Positions 1 to 10,780 are shown, counted from the first letter of the stretch. The stretch: DNA of 64,000 nucleotides from Spirochaetia bacterium (GCA_965226055.1 CBDDCA010000002.1:81499-145498); one strand, 5' to 3'. The notes: generated by a model not told the origin, from the sequence alone. Numbers and translations are program-made.

Positions 1-2
1 CC

Positions 3-1727
3 TATTCTATAAAAAAAGTATATCGTTGTGTGGATACATGTGCAGCTGAATTTAAGGCGAGTACCCCTTACTATTATGGAAGCTATATTGGAAGCACAGA
101 ACATGTTCCTGATAGTGATAAAAATATAGTGATACTTGGCAGTGGTCCTAATAGAATTGGGCAAGGCTTAGAGTTTGATGCTTGTTGTACTTTAGCTGCT
201 TTTGCGTTTCAGAGAAGAGGTTTTTTGGTAACCATTATAAATAGTAATCCTGAGACAGTCTCTACAGATTATAATGTATCTAATAGTTTGTTTTTTGAGC
301 CTCTTTCTGCTGAAGATGTATACGATGTGTTACAAGAGAAAAACACAAGAGATATGGTAGTACAGTTGGGAGGGCAAACTCCTATTACTATTATTAAAAA
401 ATTACAATCAAAGGGTATTAAGCCTATTGGTACGAGTATTGATTCTATAGATATTGTTGAAAGCAGGAAACGCTTTCTTGATTTATTGTATGAAATACAA
501 AAGGATGTTGATATAGATGTTATCCCAGGTGCTATAGTACATACTATTACAGAGGTAGCAGGTACTGCAGATACTATTGGATTTCCTATACTTATTCGTC
601 CCTCATATGTTTTAGGAGGGCAATCTATGGTAGTTGTATATTCTCAAGAAGAGCTACAACGATATATTTCTGATAATAGTACTCATTTACAAGAAAATGA
701 TTTGCTTGTTGATAAATACTTAGAGAATGCAATAGAGTATGATGTGGACATTGTTAGTGATAGTGAATCTGTGTACATTGCAGGAATACTACGACATGTT
801 GAACATGCTGGAGTGCATTCTGGCGATTCTGCATGTGTCTTTGAGCCGAAGGTATTGCAAGATGAGATAGCTCATAAAATCTATGCTGCAAGTATTGCAA
901 TAGTCAAAAAACTATCAATTAAGGGATTATTGAACATTCAATTTGCAAGTGTAGGTGATAAGCTATATGTGTTAGAGGCTAACCCACGTTCTTCACGTAC
1001 TGTCCCTTTTATTTCAAAAACATCAGGAGTAGATATTATTGATATGGCAGTTGCAATATGGACAGGAGAGAAATTGGATGAACAGCCAGTATTTAAGGAA
1101 CGAGTAATGGAAGGGTATGAAAATCTTGCGGTTGGATATAGTGTAGAAGGGTATGCTATAAAAGAATCAGTCTTTAGTTTTGATAGATTTGATAATATTG
1201 ATCCTGCATTAGGGCCTGAGATGAGATCCACAGGAGAAGCAATAGGATTGGGGGATAGTTTTGGAGAAGCCTTTGCAAAGGCAAGTATGGTAGCTTCTAC
1301 TCATTTGCCACGAACAGGTACTGTGTGTATGTCTATTGCAGGGAAGTACAAATATAGTGTATTAGAGCAAGCACGGCAATGTATTGATTTAGGATTTGAT
1401 ATTATTGCTACTCCCGGTACAGCAAAAGTATTTCTTGAAAATAATATACCATGTAAGGTAATATCTCGTGTATTTGAGGCAAAACGCAATGAATCAACTA
1501 TTATTGATGAATTACAAAAAGGAAATGTAGATCTCATCATAAACATCTTAAAAAGTGTTGATGCCCACTCTTTCTTAGATGATAAAGATATACGTAATGC
1601 TGCTTTACGTTATAGAATACCGTATATTTCAACTATCCCTGCATTAAATGCAGCCATTGAAGGTATAGAATTTCTTAAGAAAAACAAAGTGAGTGCAAGA
1701 AAACTACATTATGATAGTAGTCTATAG
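3..1727 (+). CDS. carB: Carbamoyl-phosphate synthase large subunit, C-terminal half (5' end lies before the window)
   Basis: VDTCAAEF...TPYYY, LGSGPNRIGQGLEFD, NSNPETVSTDY, RPSYVLGG, EANPRSSRTVPF and a C-terminal MGS-like domain; frame is open to the window edge. Confidence 0.97.
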   Translation, partial: YSIKKVYRCVDTCAAEFKASTPYYYGSYIGSTEHVPDSDKNIVILGSGPNRIGQGLEFDACCTLAAFAFQRRGFLVTIINSNPETVSTDYNVSNSLFFEPLSAEDVYDVLQEKNTRDMVVQLGGQTPITIIKKLQSKGIKPIGTSIDSIDIVESRKRFLDLLYEIQKDVDIDVIPGAIVHTITEVAGTADTIGFPILIRPSYVLGGQSMVVVYSQEELQRYISDNSTHLQENDLLVDKYLENAIEYDVDIVSDSESVYIAGILRHVEHAGVHSGDSACVFEPKVLQDEIAHKIYAASIAIVKKLSIKGLLNIQFASVGDKLYVLEANPRSSRTVPFISKTSGVDIIDMAVAIWTGEKLDEQPVFKERVMEGYENLAVGYSVEGYAIKESVFSFDRFDNIDPALGPEMRSTGEAIGLGDSFGEAFAKASMVASTHLPRTGTVCMSIAGKYKYSVLEQARQCIDLGFDIIATPGTAKVFLENNIPCKVISRVFEAKRNESTIIDELQKGNVDLIINILKSVDAHSFLDDKDIRNAALRYRIPYISTIPALNAAIEGIEFLKKNKVSARKLHYDSSL

Positions 1728-1758
1728 GAGTAGATGCTTTTATCGTTTTTTACTTGTT

Positions 1759-3351
1759 TTATTGTATGGTATTTTGTAGAGCATTAAAGTAGTATTCTAC
1801 TCCATCCATAATAGCACCCCATGATGCTTCAATGATATTTTCGTTTACTCCAATGGTTTCCCAGCTATGTGTTCCATCCGAAAAAGATATAAACACACGA
1901 ACTTTTGCAGAAGTGTTATTTTCAGGATCAATCACTCGTACTCTATAATCAATAAGTTTTATATTGTTAATGGTAGGTAAATCATGACCCAAAGAATGTC
2001 TTAACGCAGTATCAAGTGCTTCAACAGGGCCATTTCCTGTAGCGGCCCCCATAAGTTCTTTTCCTTTATATTGTACAAAAATTCTGCATACTGTCTGGGC
2101 AGGATTAGTAAAGCTCTTAAACTGTTCAATGTGGTAGTTTTTTAATTGTATGATTGATTTCATTTTTCCCAACGCTCTTAGGATGATAAGCTCAAATGAT
2201 GCCTCTGCTGTTTCATATTCATATCCATCTTGTTCGCGCTGCTTTAATTCCTGTATAATACCTTGTACAATAGGATCCTTTTTTGAAAACTCACCGTGTT
2301 TTTGTAAATATGCTACTATAGTGGATTTTCCTGCAAGTTCAGAAAGTAAGATACGGCGCTCATTTCCTACTTTTTTAGGCGAAATATGTTCCATAAGCTC
2401 TTTGTTTTTTAATATTACATCTGCATGTTGTCCTGCTTTATGGCTAAATGAAGCACGTCCTACAAATGGATCGCGAGGATTAGAGATAATATTTGCTTGT
2501 TCTGCTACAAAGCGTGATAATGAAGTGAGATGAGTTATTTCGCTTGCACAATGAGCAGTGTAGCGAGTATCTTTTAGTACTAAATTAGGTATTATAGTGC
2601 AGAGGTTTGCGTTGCCTGATCTTTCTCCCCAACCATTGATAGTTCCTTGTATATGTATTGCTCCTTCTTCAAGACATACGAGGCTATTTGCAGTAGCAAC
2701 ACCGCAATCGTCATGAAAATGCCCACCAAGTGGTGCAATCGTTTGTTTTGGAAGATTGCTCATAATGTACTGTACTTCATGAGGAAGCGTTCCTCCATTG
2801 GTATCACAGAGTACCAGTAAATCAGCGCCTGCTTCAGTTCCTACTTTGAGTACTTCAATAGAGTACTCACTATCCAGTTTAGAGCCATCAAAAAAATGCT
2901 CTAAATCAAGAATTACCGTTCTCCCATTCTCTTTGAGTATTCGTACTGATTCAAATGTTGCTTCAAGATAGGCTTCCTTTGATGCACGAATAACATCGTT
3001 CACATGTGCAATTGATGATTTTGCCACTATAGTAACTATTTCTGTTTCAGCATTCAGAAGAGCATTTATATGATTATCATATTTGATGTCAGATGATATA
3101 TTCGTACTTGGTTTTGCTGTAGAACCAAATGCAGCAATTTTTGCGTGTTGTAAATGGAGTTTTTTTACTTGGATAAAAAACTCATTTTCTTTTTCACTGG
3201 AAAGAGGAAACCCTCCTTCAATGTAATCTACTTGAAACTCATCAAGTTTTTGGGCTATTTTGAGTTTATTTTCTAAAGTATAATTGATTTGCATGCCTTG
3301 CATACCATCACGTAAGCTGGTGTCATATATTTCTATATTTTTACTCTGCAT
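1759..3351 (-). CDS. cimA: Citramalate synthase (LeuA paralogue)
   Basis: YDTSLRDGMQG, YIEGGFP, DLEHFFDG, LCDTNGG, HFHDD, HKAGQH and a C-terminal LeuA-type regulatory domain (GNGPVEALD). Confidence 0.9.
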   Translation of the reverse strand: MQSKNIEIYDTSLRDGMQGMQINYTLENKLKIAQKLDEFQVDYIEGGFPLSSEKENEFFIQVKKLHLQHAKIAAFGSTAKPSTNISSDIKYDNHINALLNAETEIVTIVAKSSIAHVNDVIRASKEAYLEATFESVRILKENGRTVILDLEHFFDGSKLDSEYSIEVLKVGTEAGADLLVLCDTNGGTLPHEVQYIMSNLPKQTIAPLGGHFHDDCGVATANSLVCLEEGAIHIQGTINGWGERSGNANLCTIIPNLVLKDTRYTAHCASEITHLTSLSRFVAEQANIISNPRDPFVGRASFSHKAGQHADVILKNKELMEHISPKKVGNERRILLSELAGKSTIVAYLQKHGEFSKKDPIVQGIIQELKQREQDGYEYETAEASFELIILRALGKMKSIIQLKNYHIEQFKSFTNPAQTVCRIFVQYKGKELMGAATGNGPVEALDTALRHSLGHDLPTINNIKLIDYRVRVIDPENNTSAKVRVFISFSDGTHSWETIGVNENIIEASWGAIMDGVEYYFNALQNTIQ

Positions 3352-3380
3352 ATAGTATCCTCGTATGTTAAAAAGGTATG

Positions 3381-4892
3381 TTACTCTTGTTGTAATTCAT
3401 AATGGTTTATTGCATGTATAAATGCTTGGACACTTGCTTCTAATATATTAGTAGAAGAAGCTCGTCCTATGCATTCACGATTATTTATGCTTGTCACGGC
3501 TACTGCTTCACCTAGTGCATTTGTTCCAGGGCTGATTGCTGTAACATGATATTCTTCAAGAACGATATTATACTCCACTAAAGAAGATATAGCACTGAAG
3601 ATAGCATCAATAGGACCATCTCCTGAGGCTTCTGCTTTTTTTATGTTTCCTTTGTAGCTAATACTCACCACTGCTTTAGGATCTGTTCCAGGTTTAAGAA
3701 ACATAGAAAAGTCTTCAATTTTGAAAAATTGACTCTGATTATTTTCTATAAAGCTACTTGCTATTACAATAAGGTCGGTATCATAAATTTCTTTTTTCTT
3801 ATCAGCTATTTCAAGAAATTTTTGATATATTTCTTGTATCTGCTGTTCTTCTACATGAATATTAAGATATTGTAATCTATTGCGTAACCCATGTAATCCT
3901 GAATGTCTTCCTAGTACAATATTTTTGCTTGTGCGTCCAACATAGTCAGGAGTAAGAATTTCATATGTACTTCTATGTTTGAGTATTCCATCTTGGTGGA
4001 TGCCTGCTTCGTGAGCGAAAGCATTTTCTCCTATAATTGCTTTATTTCGAGGAATAGGAAACCCAATAGTAGAACTTACTAGTTTTGATATAGAGAAGAT
4101 TTTTTTATGATCAACATGTGTTTCTACTCCCCAATAGTCTTTTCTAATACCTAATCCAGTTATCACTTCTTCCATAGCAGCGTTTCCTGCACGTTCTCCA
4201 ATTCCGTTTACGGTAACTTCTGCTTGACGAGCTCCAGCCTTAATAGCACTAAGAGTATTTGCTGTTGCTAATCCTAAGTCATCATGACAGTGTATAGAAA
4301 TAGTGATAGCATCTATATTTTTTACATGCTCTTTTAAGTAACGTATATAATCATACACTTCTGTTGGGGTAGCATAGCCTACTGTATCAGGAATATTTAC
4401 TACATCTGCACCAGCTTCAATTACTGCTTGCACTATTTGTGCTAAAAAATCTTTTTCTGTACGTAATGCATCTTCGGGTGAAAACTCTACTTCTGCACAG
4501 CGTTTTTTTGCATATGCTACTGCCCATGTTGCAATATCAATTATTTCTTCTTTTGATTTTTTGAGTTTATATTGTCGATGAATAGGAGAGCTAGCAAGGA
4601 AAGTATGAATACGAGGTTTTTCTGCTGGTTCTAATGCCTTTGCTGCTTGATCAATGTCTTTTTGTACCGCTCTTGCAAGACCAGTGATAGTAGCATTTCT
4701 CACTTGTTGAGAAATAAGCTGTGTAGCATTGAACTGTTTTGGTGAAGATATAGGAAAACCAGCTTCTATAACATCAATGCCCATATCAGCAAGAGAATGA
4801 GCAATTTTTACTTTTTGTTCAATATCCATTGAGGCTCCGGGAGATTGTTCTCCGTCTCTCAAGGTTGTGTCAAATACTTTTACTTTTTCCAT
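3381..4892 (-). CDS. leuA: 2-isopropylmalate synthase
   Basis: FDTTLRDGEQSPG, IEAGFP, NIPDTVG, HCHDDLG, GIGERAGNA, AHEAGIHQDG; GGAGG RBS. Confidence 0.97.
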   Translation of the reverse strand: MEKVKVFDTTLRDGEQSPGASMDIEQKVKIAHSLADMGIDVIEAGFPISSPKQFNATQLISQQVRNATITGLARAVQKDIDQAAKALEPAEKPRIHTFLASSPIHRQYKLKKSKEEIIDIATWAVAYAKKRCAEVEFSPEDALRTEKDFLAQIVQAVIEAGADVVNIPDTVGYATPTEVYDYIRYLKEHVKNIDAITISIHCHDDLGLATANTLSAIKAGARQAEVTVNGIGERAGNAAMEEVITGLGIRKDYWGVETHVDHKKIFSISKLVSSTIGFPIPRNKAIIGENAFAHEAGIHQDGILKHRSTYEILTPDYVGRTSKNIVLGRHSGLHGLRNRLQYLNIHVEEQQIQEIYQKFLEIADKKKEIYDTDLIVIASSFIENNQSQFFKIEDFSMFLKPGTDPKAVVSISYKGNIKKAEASGDGPIDAIFSAISSLVEYNIVLEEYHVTAISPGTNALGEAVAVTSINNRECIGRASSTNILEASVQAFIHAINHYELQQE

Positions 4893-4938
4893 ACTACCTC
4901 CTTAGATTGTATGTGTCATTAACAATACAGTGAATAAT

Positions 4939-4969
4939 AAAAAAGCCGTCCATGAAGGACGGCTTTTTT
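4939..4969 (-). terminator. Intrinsic terminator of the leuA-cimA attenuator
   Basis: aaaaaagccgtcc-atgaa-ggacggctttttt: perfect GC-rich stem with a T-tract, between the leader peptide and leuA. Confidence 0.9.
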
Positions 4970-4988
4970 ATCCTTCTTCCTTCTATCT

Positions 4989-5039
4989 TTATGAGATAAG
5001 AAGAAGAATTATTGACTGTATTGTTATATTTCTTTCCAT
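4989..5039 (-). CDS. Attenuator leader peptide MERNITIQSIILLLIS (16 aa)
   Basis: Short ORF with 5 Ile and 3 tandem Leu (CTT) codons directly upstream of the terminator hairpin and leuA. Confidence 0.85.
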   Translation of the reverse strand: MERNITIQSIILLLIS

Positions 5040-5067
5040 AAAAATACCATAGTGTATCTTTCTTTCT

Positions 5068-5096
5068 ATTATAAGTAGAAGAAACAAATATGTCAA
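5068..5096 (-). promoter_or_regulatory. Sigma70 promoter of leader-leuA-cimA
   Basis: Perfect TTGACA-N17-TATAAT on the minus strand. Confidence 0.85.
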
Positions 5097-5172
5097 GTGT
5101 AACGGAAACTCATGGTGCCACTACAAATTATTTTGTGCAAGAAACAATAAAATATATTACAATAAAGTACAT

Positions 5173-5772
5173 ATGGCAAACTCAAACAGTTGGGAAAAAA
5201 TATTTGAAGATTACAATATATTATCTCACAATTTTGACAAATCTCCTTTTGAGATTACCAGTGAAATGATAAAAAAAAGCTGCCAAGATTTTGAAAAAAC
5301 AGGTGAGAAAGAAGTAAGAATACTTTGTAAGCAAGATTCAAGAGAAGACAGACCTGATATAATGATAGAGCATGGTTTGTTTTTGCTTCCAATTAAAAAT
5401 GGAACATATATCATCTTAAAAGGTGAAGGGTATACTGATATTCCAGATATTACTTTGGAAAGTGAAACATATATTTCTAAATTATCATTTACTCCTGATA
5501 GTGTTAAGGTAGGAAATTCTGAAATGCAACATCTGGATTATGCCTATGCATGTAGTATTGTTCGCACCTTTATGGATGATGAAGATCTCATGCTAACGAT
5601 ACGAGGAAGAAAATATACTCCTCAATTTTCATTTAATATAAAAAATCACAAAATTATGGTAGAAAGTGTACAAACAGAAGTAGATGCAGGTTACGAAAGT
5701 AAGGATAAAATAGTCCTTATTGAAGCAAAAAATTCACATACTAAAAATGTAATAAATAGTATTAATGAGTAA
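5173..5772 (+). pseudogene. Putative type II restriction endonuclease, apparently C-terminally truncated
   Basis: PD-(D/E)xK-like motif QTEVDAGYE...IVLIEAKN, after which the ORF stops within 12 residues; overlaps a DNA methyltransferase gene. Confidence 0.6.
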
Positions 5773-6613
5773 TACATATACCCTTATTGAAGGTGATTGC
5801 CTTGAAAAATTAGAACATATAGAAAAAAAATCAATCGATATGATATTTGCTGATCCTCCCTATTTTCTTTCTAATGATGGGTTTACTTGCAAAGGAGGAA
5901 AAGCTGTTAGTGTAAATAAGGGCGATTGGGATAAAAGCATGGGCTTTGAAAACAATATCATGTTTACTGAAAAATGGATTGCCAAGTGTAAAGAATTACT
6001 TACTGATAATGGTACTATATGGATATCTGGAACAATGCATAATATTTATGCTGTAGGATATATTTTACAAAAATTACATTTTTCAATTATGAATGATATT
6101 TCTTGGTACAAACCCAATGCTCCGCCACATATAGCCTGTAGATATTTCGCTCATGCCCACGAAACACTTTTATGGGCTAAAAAAACAAAAAAAGCAAAGC
6201 ATACATTTCATTATGAGTACATGAAAAACTGGGATAATACAAAAGATATGATAAAAAATGCTGGAAAACAAATGAGAAGTGTATGGAGCATCCCTTTAAC
6301 TCCACAAAAAGAAAAAAAAGAAGGCAAACATCCTACTCAAAAGCCTGAAGAACTTTTACGAAGGATAATTCTATCATCTACCAATGAAGGAGATATGGTG
6401 CTTGATCCTTTTATGGGAAGTGGTACTACAGGTAAGGTTGCTCTAGAATGTAATAGAAATTTTATTGGTATAGAATCTCATAAAGAATATATTGCTATTG
6501 CAAAAAAAAGAATAGAGAACATGTCACAACAGGAAAAGTATTATACACTACAATTTCTTGAAAATGAAAAACTGATAGAGCCTGACTTAGATACAAAAGT
6601 TACACTAAACTAA
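5765..6613 (+). CDS. Beta-class N4/N6 DNA methyltransferase, DpnA/MboIB-like
   Basis: DMIFADPPYFLSN, SVNKGDWD, HPTQKP, VLDPFMGSGTT (motif IV precedes motif I). Confidence 0.92.
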   Translation: MSNTYTLIEGDCLEKLEHIEKKSIDMIFADPPYFLSNDGFTCKGGKAVSVNKGDWDKSMGFENNIMFTEKWIAKCKELLTDNGTIWISGTMHNIYAVGYILQKLHFSIMNDISWYKPNAPPHIACRYFAHAHETLLWAKKTKKAKHTFHYEYMKNWDNTKDMIKNAGKQMRSVWSIPLTPQKEKKEGKHPTQKPEELLRRIILSSTNEGDMVLDPFMGSGTTGKVALECNRNFIGIESHKEYIAIAKKRIENMSQQEKYYTLQFLENEKLIEPDLDTKVTLN

Positions 6614-6681
6614 TATCTTTTGCCTGCTGCGATCTCAAAGACTCAGTGCAGTATTTTTGCATTTGTTTTATACTATGAGTA

Positions 6682-8265
6682 ATGTCTATGTTTTATTCTC
6701 AAGAGGAGACAAAACAATTTCTTAGTACTCATACTATTGTGCCAGTAGTTTCTCTTATACCGATGAACTTTGATAGTTCTCTTTCTATTTTTCTTAAGGT
6801 AAAAGGAAATTTTTTGCTTGAATCGGCTGAAAGTGCCGAATCGATGGGACGATATTCTTTTATTGCAATAGAAGCTCAAAGAAAATTTATACTACAAGAA
6901 ACAAGCGTGGAAGATTGGAAGAAAAATAGCATAAATGGGGAATTTGATCGTATAGCAATAAAACATATGAGAAATCCTCTTGATTACATAAGTGAACAAA
7001 TGAAGTTATTTCATGTTGATTCTGATAGTTACTATACATTACCTCCTTTTTGGGGAGGGCTTTTAGGTTATTTTGGATATGAAGGCATTCAATACTTTGA
7101 AACAATAGAGAATTTACAAAAGAAAAGTTTATTAGATATGCCGCTAGGAATTTTTATTATTCCGCAACAATTACTTGTAGTAGATCATCTTAAAAGACAG
7201 CTCTGGATTATTTCTTATATTGAAAAGCAGGAGCTTGAACAAAGTGGTATATCTTTTGAAAATACTTTTACTGCTATTACGAAAAAACATGAAGAGATTA
7301 TTGAAAAAGTAACAGCACCATTACCCTATATTGCGTGGGAATATGAAAAAAGTATTCGAGAACGATCAGCACGTGTACATACTATAAAAAAATTAAATAC
7401 GCTAGAAAGACTGAGTGTATTAGAGGATATGTTAGAACCACAATATCATACAAGTGAAGATGAATTTAAAGAAAATGTTCGATATTGTGTAGAAAGAATT
7501 TATGCAGGAGATATTATTCAAGTAGTGCCTTCTCGTCAAATTTCTATTCATTTTCAACATAAGGATGAAGTCTTATTTTATTTGAGGTTGCGTAATGTAA
7601 ACCCGTCTCCTTATATGTTTTTTCTCCGTTTTGATGATTTTACCATTATAGGAAGTTCCCCTGAAAGTATGGTGTCTCTTGATGAAAATAGAACTATGAG
7701 CATTAAGCCAATTGCAGGTACTATTCAAAGAGGGAATACAAAAAAAGAAGAGGCTTTGTTACGTACTACTCTTATTTCTGATGAAAAAGAACGTGCTGAA
7801 CATCTTATGCTGGTTGATCTTGCAAGAAATGATCTGCATCGTATTGCGGTTCCCGGTACAGTGACTGTTCCTGATTTTATGCAGATACAGGCTTTTTCTC
7901 ATGTGTTTCATATTGTGTCAAATGTGAAAGGAGAGTTACTTCCTGAATGTAATGGCTTTGATTTGATTAAAGCAAGTTTTCCTGCTGGAACTTTGAGTGG
8001 AGCTCCTAAGATAGAAGCTATGAATATTATTGGAAGAAGAGAATCGTATATGCGAAATATATATGGTGGTATGATAATGGTAATGGGCTTTAATGAGTAC
8101 ATAGATTCTTGTATTGCTATACGTACCACTGTAGTCCATAAAAATCGCGCATATTTGCAAGCAGGGGCAGGTATTGTAGCTGATTCAAACGAAGAGAAGG
8201 AATGGCAGGAAACAGAGCTAAAACTTGGTGCTTTGCTTCAGAGTTTTGTGGATATACGCGAATAA
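6682..8265 (+). CDS. trpE: Anthranilate synthase component I
   Basis: LLESAE...GRYSF, NPSPYM, GSSPE, PIAGT, KERAEHLMLVDLARND, FPAGTLSGAPK. Confidence 0.95.
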   Translation: MSMFYSQEETKQFLSTHTIVPVVSLIPMNFDSSLSIFLKVKGNFLLESAESAESMGRYSFIAIEAQRKFILQETSVEDWKKNSINGEFDRIAIKHMRNPLDYISEQMKLFHVDSDSYYTLPPFWGGLLGYFGYEGIQYFETIENLQKKSLLDMPLGIFIIPQQLLVVDHLKRQLWIISYIEKQELEQSGISFENTFTAITKKHEEIIEKVTAPLPYIAWEYEKSIRERSARVHTIKKLNTLERLSVLEDMLEPQYHTSEDEFKENVRYCVERIYAGDIIQVVPSRQISIHFQHKDEVLFYLRLRNVNPSPYMFFLRFDDFTIIGSSPESMVSLDENRTMSIKPIAGTIQRGNTKKEEALLRTTLISDEKERAEHLMLVDLARNDLHRIAVPGTVTVPDFMQIQAFSHVFHIVSNVKGELLPECNGFDLIKASFPAGTLSGAPKIEAMNIIGRRESYMRNIYGGMIMVMGFNEYIDSCIAIRTTVVHKNRAYLQAGAGIVADSNEEKEWQETELKLGALLQSFVDIRE

Positions 8266-8297
8266 ATAGAGTATAATAATGCATATAGCGAGGTTGT

Positions 8298-8882
8298 ATG
8301 ATAATAGTAATAGATAATTATGATTCGTTTACCTATAATATTGTAAGTTATTATCAAGGCAAAAAGAAAGATATACGAGTCATACGTAATGATGAGCAGA
8401 GTATTGAGCAAATAGTATCACAGAATCCAGAATGTATTATTCTTTCCCCTGGACCTAAATCTCCTACAGAAGCAGGAATATGTCTTCGTTTAATACAGCA
8501 TAGTGCTGCTATGAAATCACCAATACCTTTGTTTGGGGTATGTTTAGGATGTCAAGCCTTAGCACAAGCCTACGATGCACATATCATTACTGCAAAAAAA
8601 ATGTATCATGGCAAAGTATCGCATATAGAACATGATGGAAAAGGAGTGTTTAGTGGTATAGAAAATCCTATTGTACAAACACGTTACCACTCTCTTGTTA
8701 TTGATAAAGCTACATTGTCTCCTGAGTATGAAATAAGTGCTATAAGCGAAGATGGTGAGATTATGGGAATTCGGCATACACGGTTGCCTTTTGAGGGAGT
8801 GCAGTTTCATCCTGAATCTATTTCGTCAGTGCATGGGACTACTATACTTGATAATGCTTTGTCATATATGAAGCGTACATGA
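8298..8882 (+). CDS. trpG: Anthranilate synthase component II (glutamine amidotransferase)
   Basis: IDNYDSFTYN, SPGP, GVCLG, RYHSL, GVQFHPES. Confidence 0.95.
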   Translation: MIIVIDNYDSFTYNIVSYYQGKKKDIRVIRNDEQSIEQIVSQNPECIILSPGPKSPTEAGICLRLIQHSAAMKSPIPLFGVCLGCQALAQAYDAHIITAKKMYHGKVSHIEHDGKGVFSGIENPIVQTRYHSLVIDKATLSPEYEISAISEDGEIMGIRHTRLPFEGVQFHPESISSVHGTTILDNALSYMKRT

Positions 8883-8914
8883 ATATATAAAAGAGAATAG
8901 GGAGTACTATTACT

Positions 8915-9976
8915 ATGTTGAGAGATTGTATTGAAAGTATACTTGAACAAAAGAATATAAGTCTCGTTCAAGCAAAGGCTATTATGGATCAGATAGCAAG
9001 CGGTGCATTATCGCCTGAAGAAATAGCTATGTTTCTTACTGCTATGAGAATGAAGCAGGAAAGTGCAGATGAGATTGCAGGGGTAGTAATGAGTGCAAAA
9101 GAGCATGCTATCTCTTTGCCACTGCTAGCAAAATACGATACATTATGTGATATTGTAGGTACAGGTGGAGATGGAAGTAATACTATCAATATTTCTACTC
9201 TTAGTGGTTTTATTGCAGCAGGGGCAGGAGCGAAGGTTGCAAAGCATGGAAACAGAGCAGTATCTTCAAAATGTGGAAGTGCAGATGTACTTGAAGCTCT
9301 TGATGTAAATATTCAGGCATCAAAAGAAACAGTAGCACATATGATTGATAAGGCAGGTATGGGGTTTATGTTTGCTCCTCTGTATCATCCAGCAATGAAA
9401 TATGTTGCTCCTGTTCGTAAAGCATTAAAGATACGTACTTTGTTTAATATATTAGGGCCACTTATCAACCCTGCATCTGTTCCAAATATACTTTTAGGAG
9501 TATACAGTCGTGAAAAAATGGAGCTTATGGCACATGCTCTCCTCCGTTTACATACTGTTCATGCAATGGTGGTATGGTCTCATGACAATACCGATGAAAT
9601 AAGTGTGAGTGCAGACACAGAAATCATGGAAGTAAAAAATCTTGAAATAAAACGCTATACTATTCAGCCAAAAGAGTATGGATTTCATTATCAAAAAGAA
9701 AGTGATATACAAAAAGTACAGCAGGAAATACAAGGAGGAAGTGCTACCGATAATGCACAAAAAATAGTACAGGTACTGCAACAAAAGAGTACAGGTGTAG
9801 TAAGAGATATTGGTATAATGAATGCAGCAGCACTGTTGTATGTCTCAGGGCTGTGTTCTTCTATTGAAGAAGGCATTGACAAAGCAAGCGAATCTATTGA
9901 TAGCGGAAAAGCCTTGCAATGTTTAGAGAGCATGCGGATGGTGAGTAAAAGCGATATGCAAAGTAATGCTATTTGA
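8915..9976 (+). CDS. trpD: Anthranilate phosphoribosyltransferase
   Basis: DIVGTGGDG, NIST, KHGNRAVSSKCGSAD, RTLFNILGPLINP. Confidence 0.97.
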   Translation: MLRDCIESILEQKNISLVQAKAIMDQIASGALSPEEIAMFLTAMRMKQESADEIAGVVMSAKEHAISLPLLAKYDTLCDIVGTGGDGSNTINISTLSGFIAAGAGAKVAKHGNRAVSSKCGSADVLEALDVNIQASKETVAHMIDKAGMGFMFAPLYHPAMKYVAPVRKALKIRTLFNILGPLINPASVPNILLGVYSREKMELMAHALLRLHTVHAMVVWSHDNTDEISVSADTEIMEVKNLEIKRYTIQPKEYGFHYQKESDIQKVQQEIQGGSATDNAQKIVQVLQQKSTGVVRDIGIMNAAALLYVSGLCSSIEEGIDKASESIDSGKALQCLESMRMVSKSDMQSNAI

Positions 9977-10028
9977 AAAAATACTATTTTTGTACTGTTA
10001 ATACTACAATATCCTGTATACTTAAATA

Positions 10029-10763
10029 ATGAATACTACTGTTTCTCCAATAAGCATTTCAACATTACTTTTATTGTTTATTCCTATAAGTATATCACTT
10101 GCTATTCTCTTTCGTAAAAAAGTTGCATTTGGTAATACGCTCTATGCGTTTTTACGTATGATAGTACAGCTTATCATTGTTGGGTTTACATTAAACTTTA
10201 TTTTTGCTTCAAATAATGGGTTTTTTGTGATAATAGTACTATTAGTCATGATATTGGTTTCTAGTTGGATATCCATCAGAACTCTTCATAAAGGGAAAAA
10301 GCATATATTTCCCTCTGCTTTTTTAGCTATTCTTATTGGTGGTGGGTTTCACGTATTTTTTATGACTCAGGTAATTATACGCATTCGTCCTTGGTTTTAT
10401 CCTACCTCAATGATACCCTTATCAGGAATGATATTTTCAAGTTCATTAAATGGTATCAGTCTTTTTATTGAAAGATACCAAAGAGAGAGAAATAATGGTG
10501 TTTTTGTACATCAAGCTGAAAAATTTGCATTTCATGCTGCGCTTATTCCTGCAATAAATAATTTTTTTGCGGTGGGGCTAGTATCATTTCCTGGACTTAT
10601 GACAGGACAAATATTGTCAGGCATATCTCCTTTTGTTGCAGTAAGGTATCAGATTGTAATACTTACAATGATTGTAAGCTCACAGATTCTTGTCATATAC
10701 TTATTTTCACGGTTTATTAGAAAAAAACATGAACTATGTTTGTACACAGAGGATAGAGTGTAG
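10029..10763 (+). CDS. UPF0014 / FetB-like ABC-type membrane permease
   Basis: Multi-TM protein with RMIVQL, IPLSGMI and VGLVSFPGLMTGQILSG.SP..AVRYQI. Confidence 0.85.
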   Translation: MNTTVSPISISTLLLLFIPISISLAILFRKKVAFGNTLYAFLRMIVQLIIVGFTLNFIFASNNGFFVIIVLLVMILVSSWISIRTLHKGKKHIFPSAFLAILIGGGFHVFFMTQVIIRIRPWFYPTSMIPLSGMIFSSSLNGISLFIERYQRERNNGVFVHQAEKFAFHAALIPAINNFFAVGLVSFPGLMTGQILSGISPFVAVRYQIVILTMIVSSQILVIYLFSRFIRKKHELCLYTEDRV

Positions 10764-10780
10764 TATACTATACTCATAGT

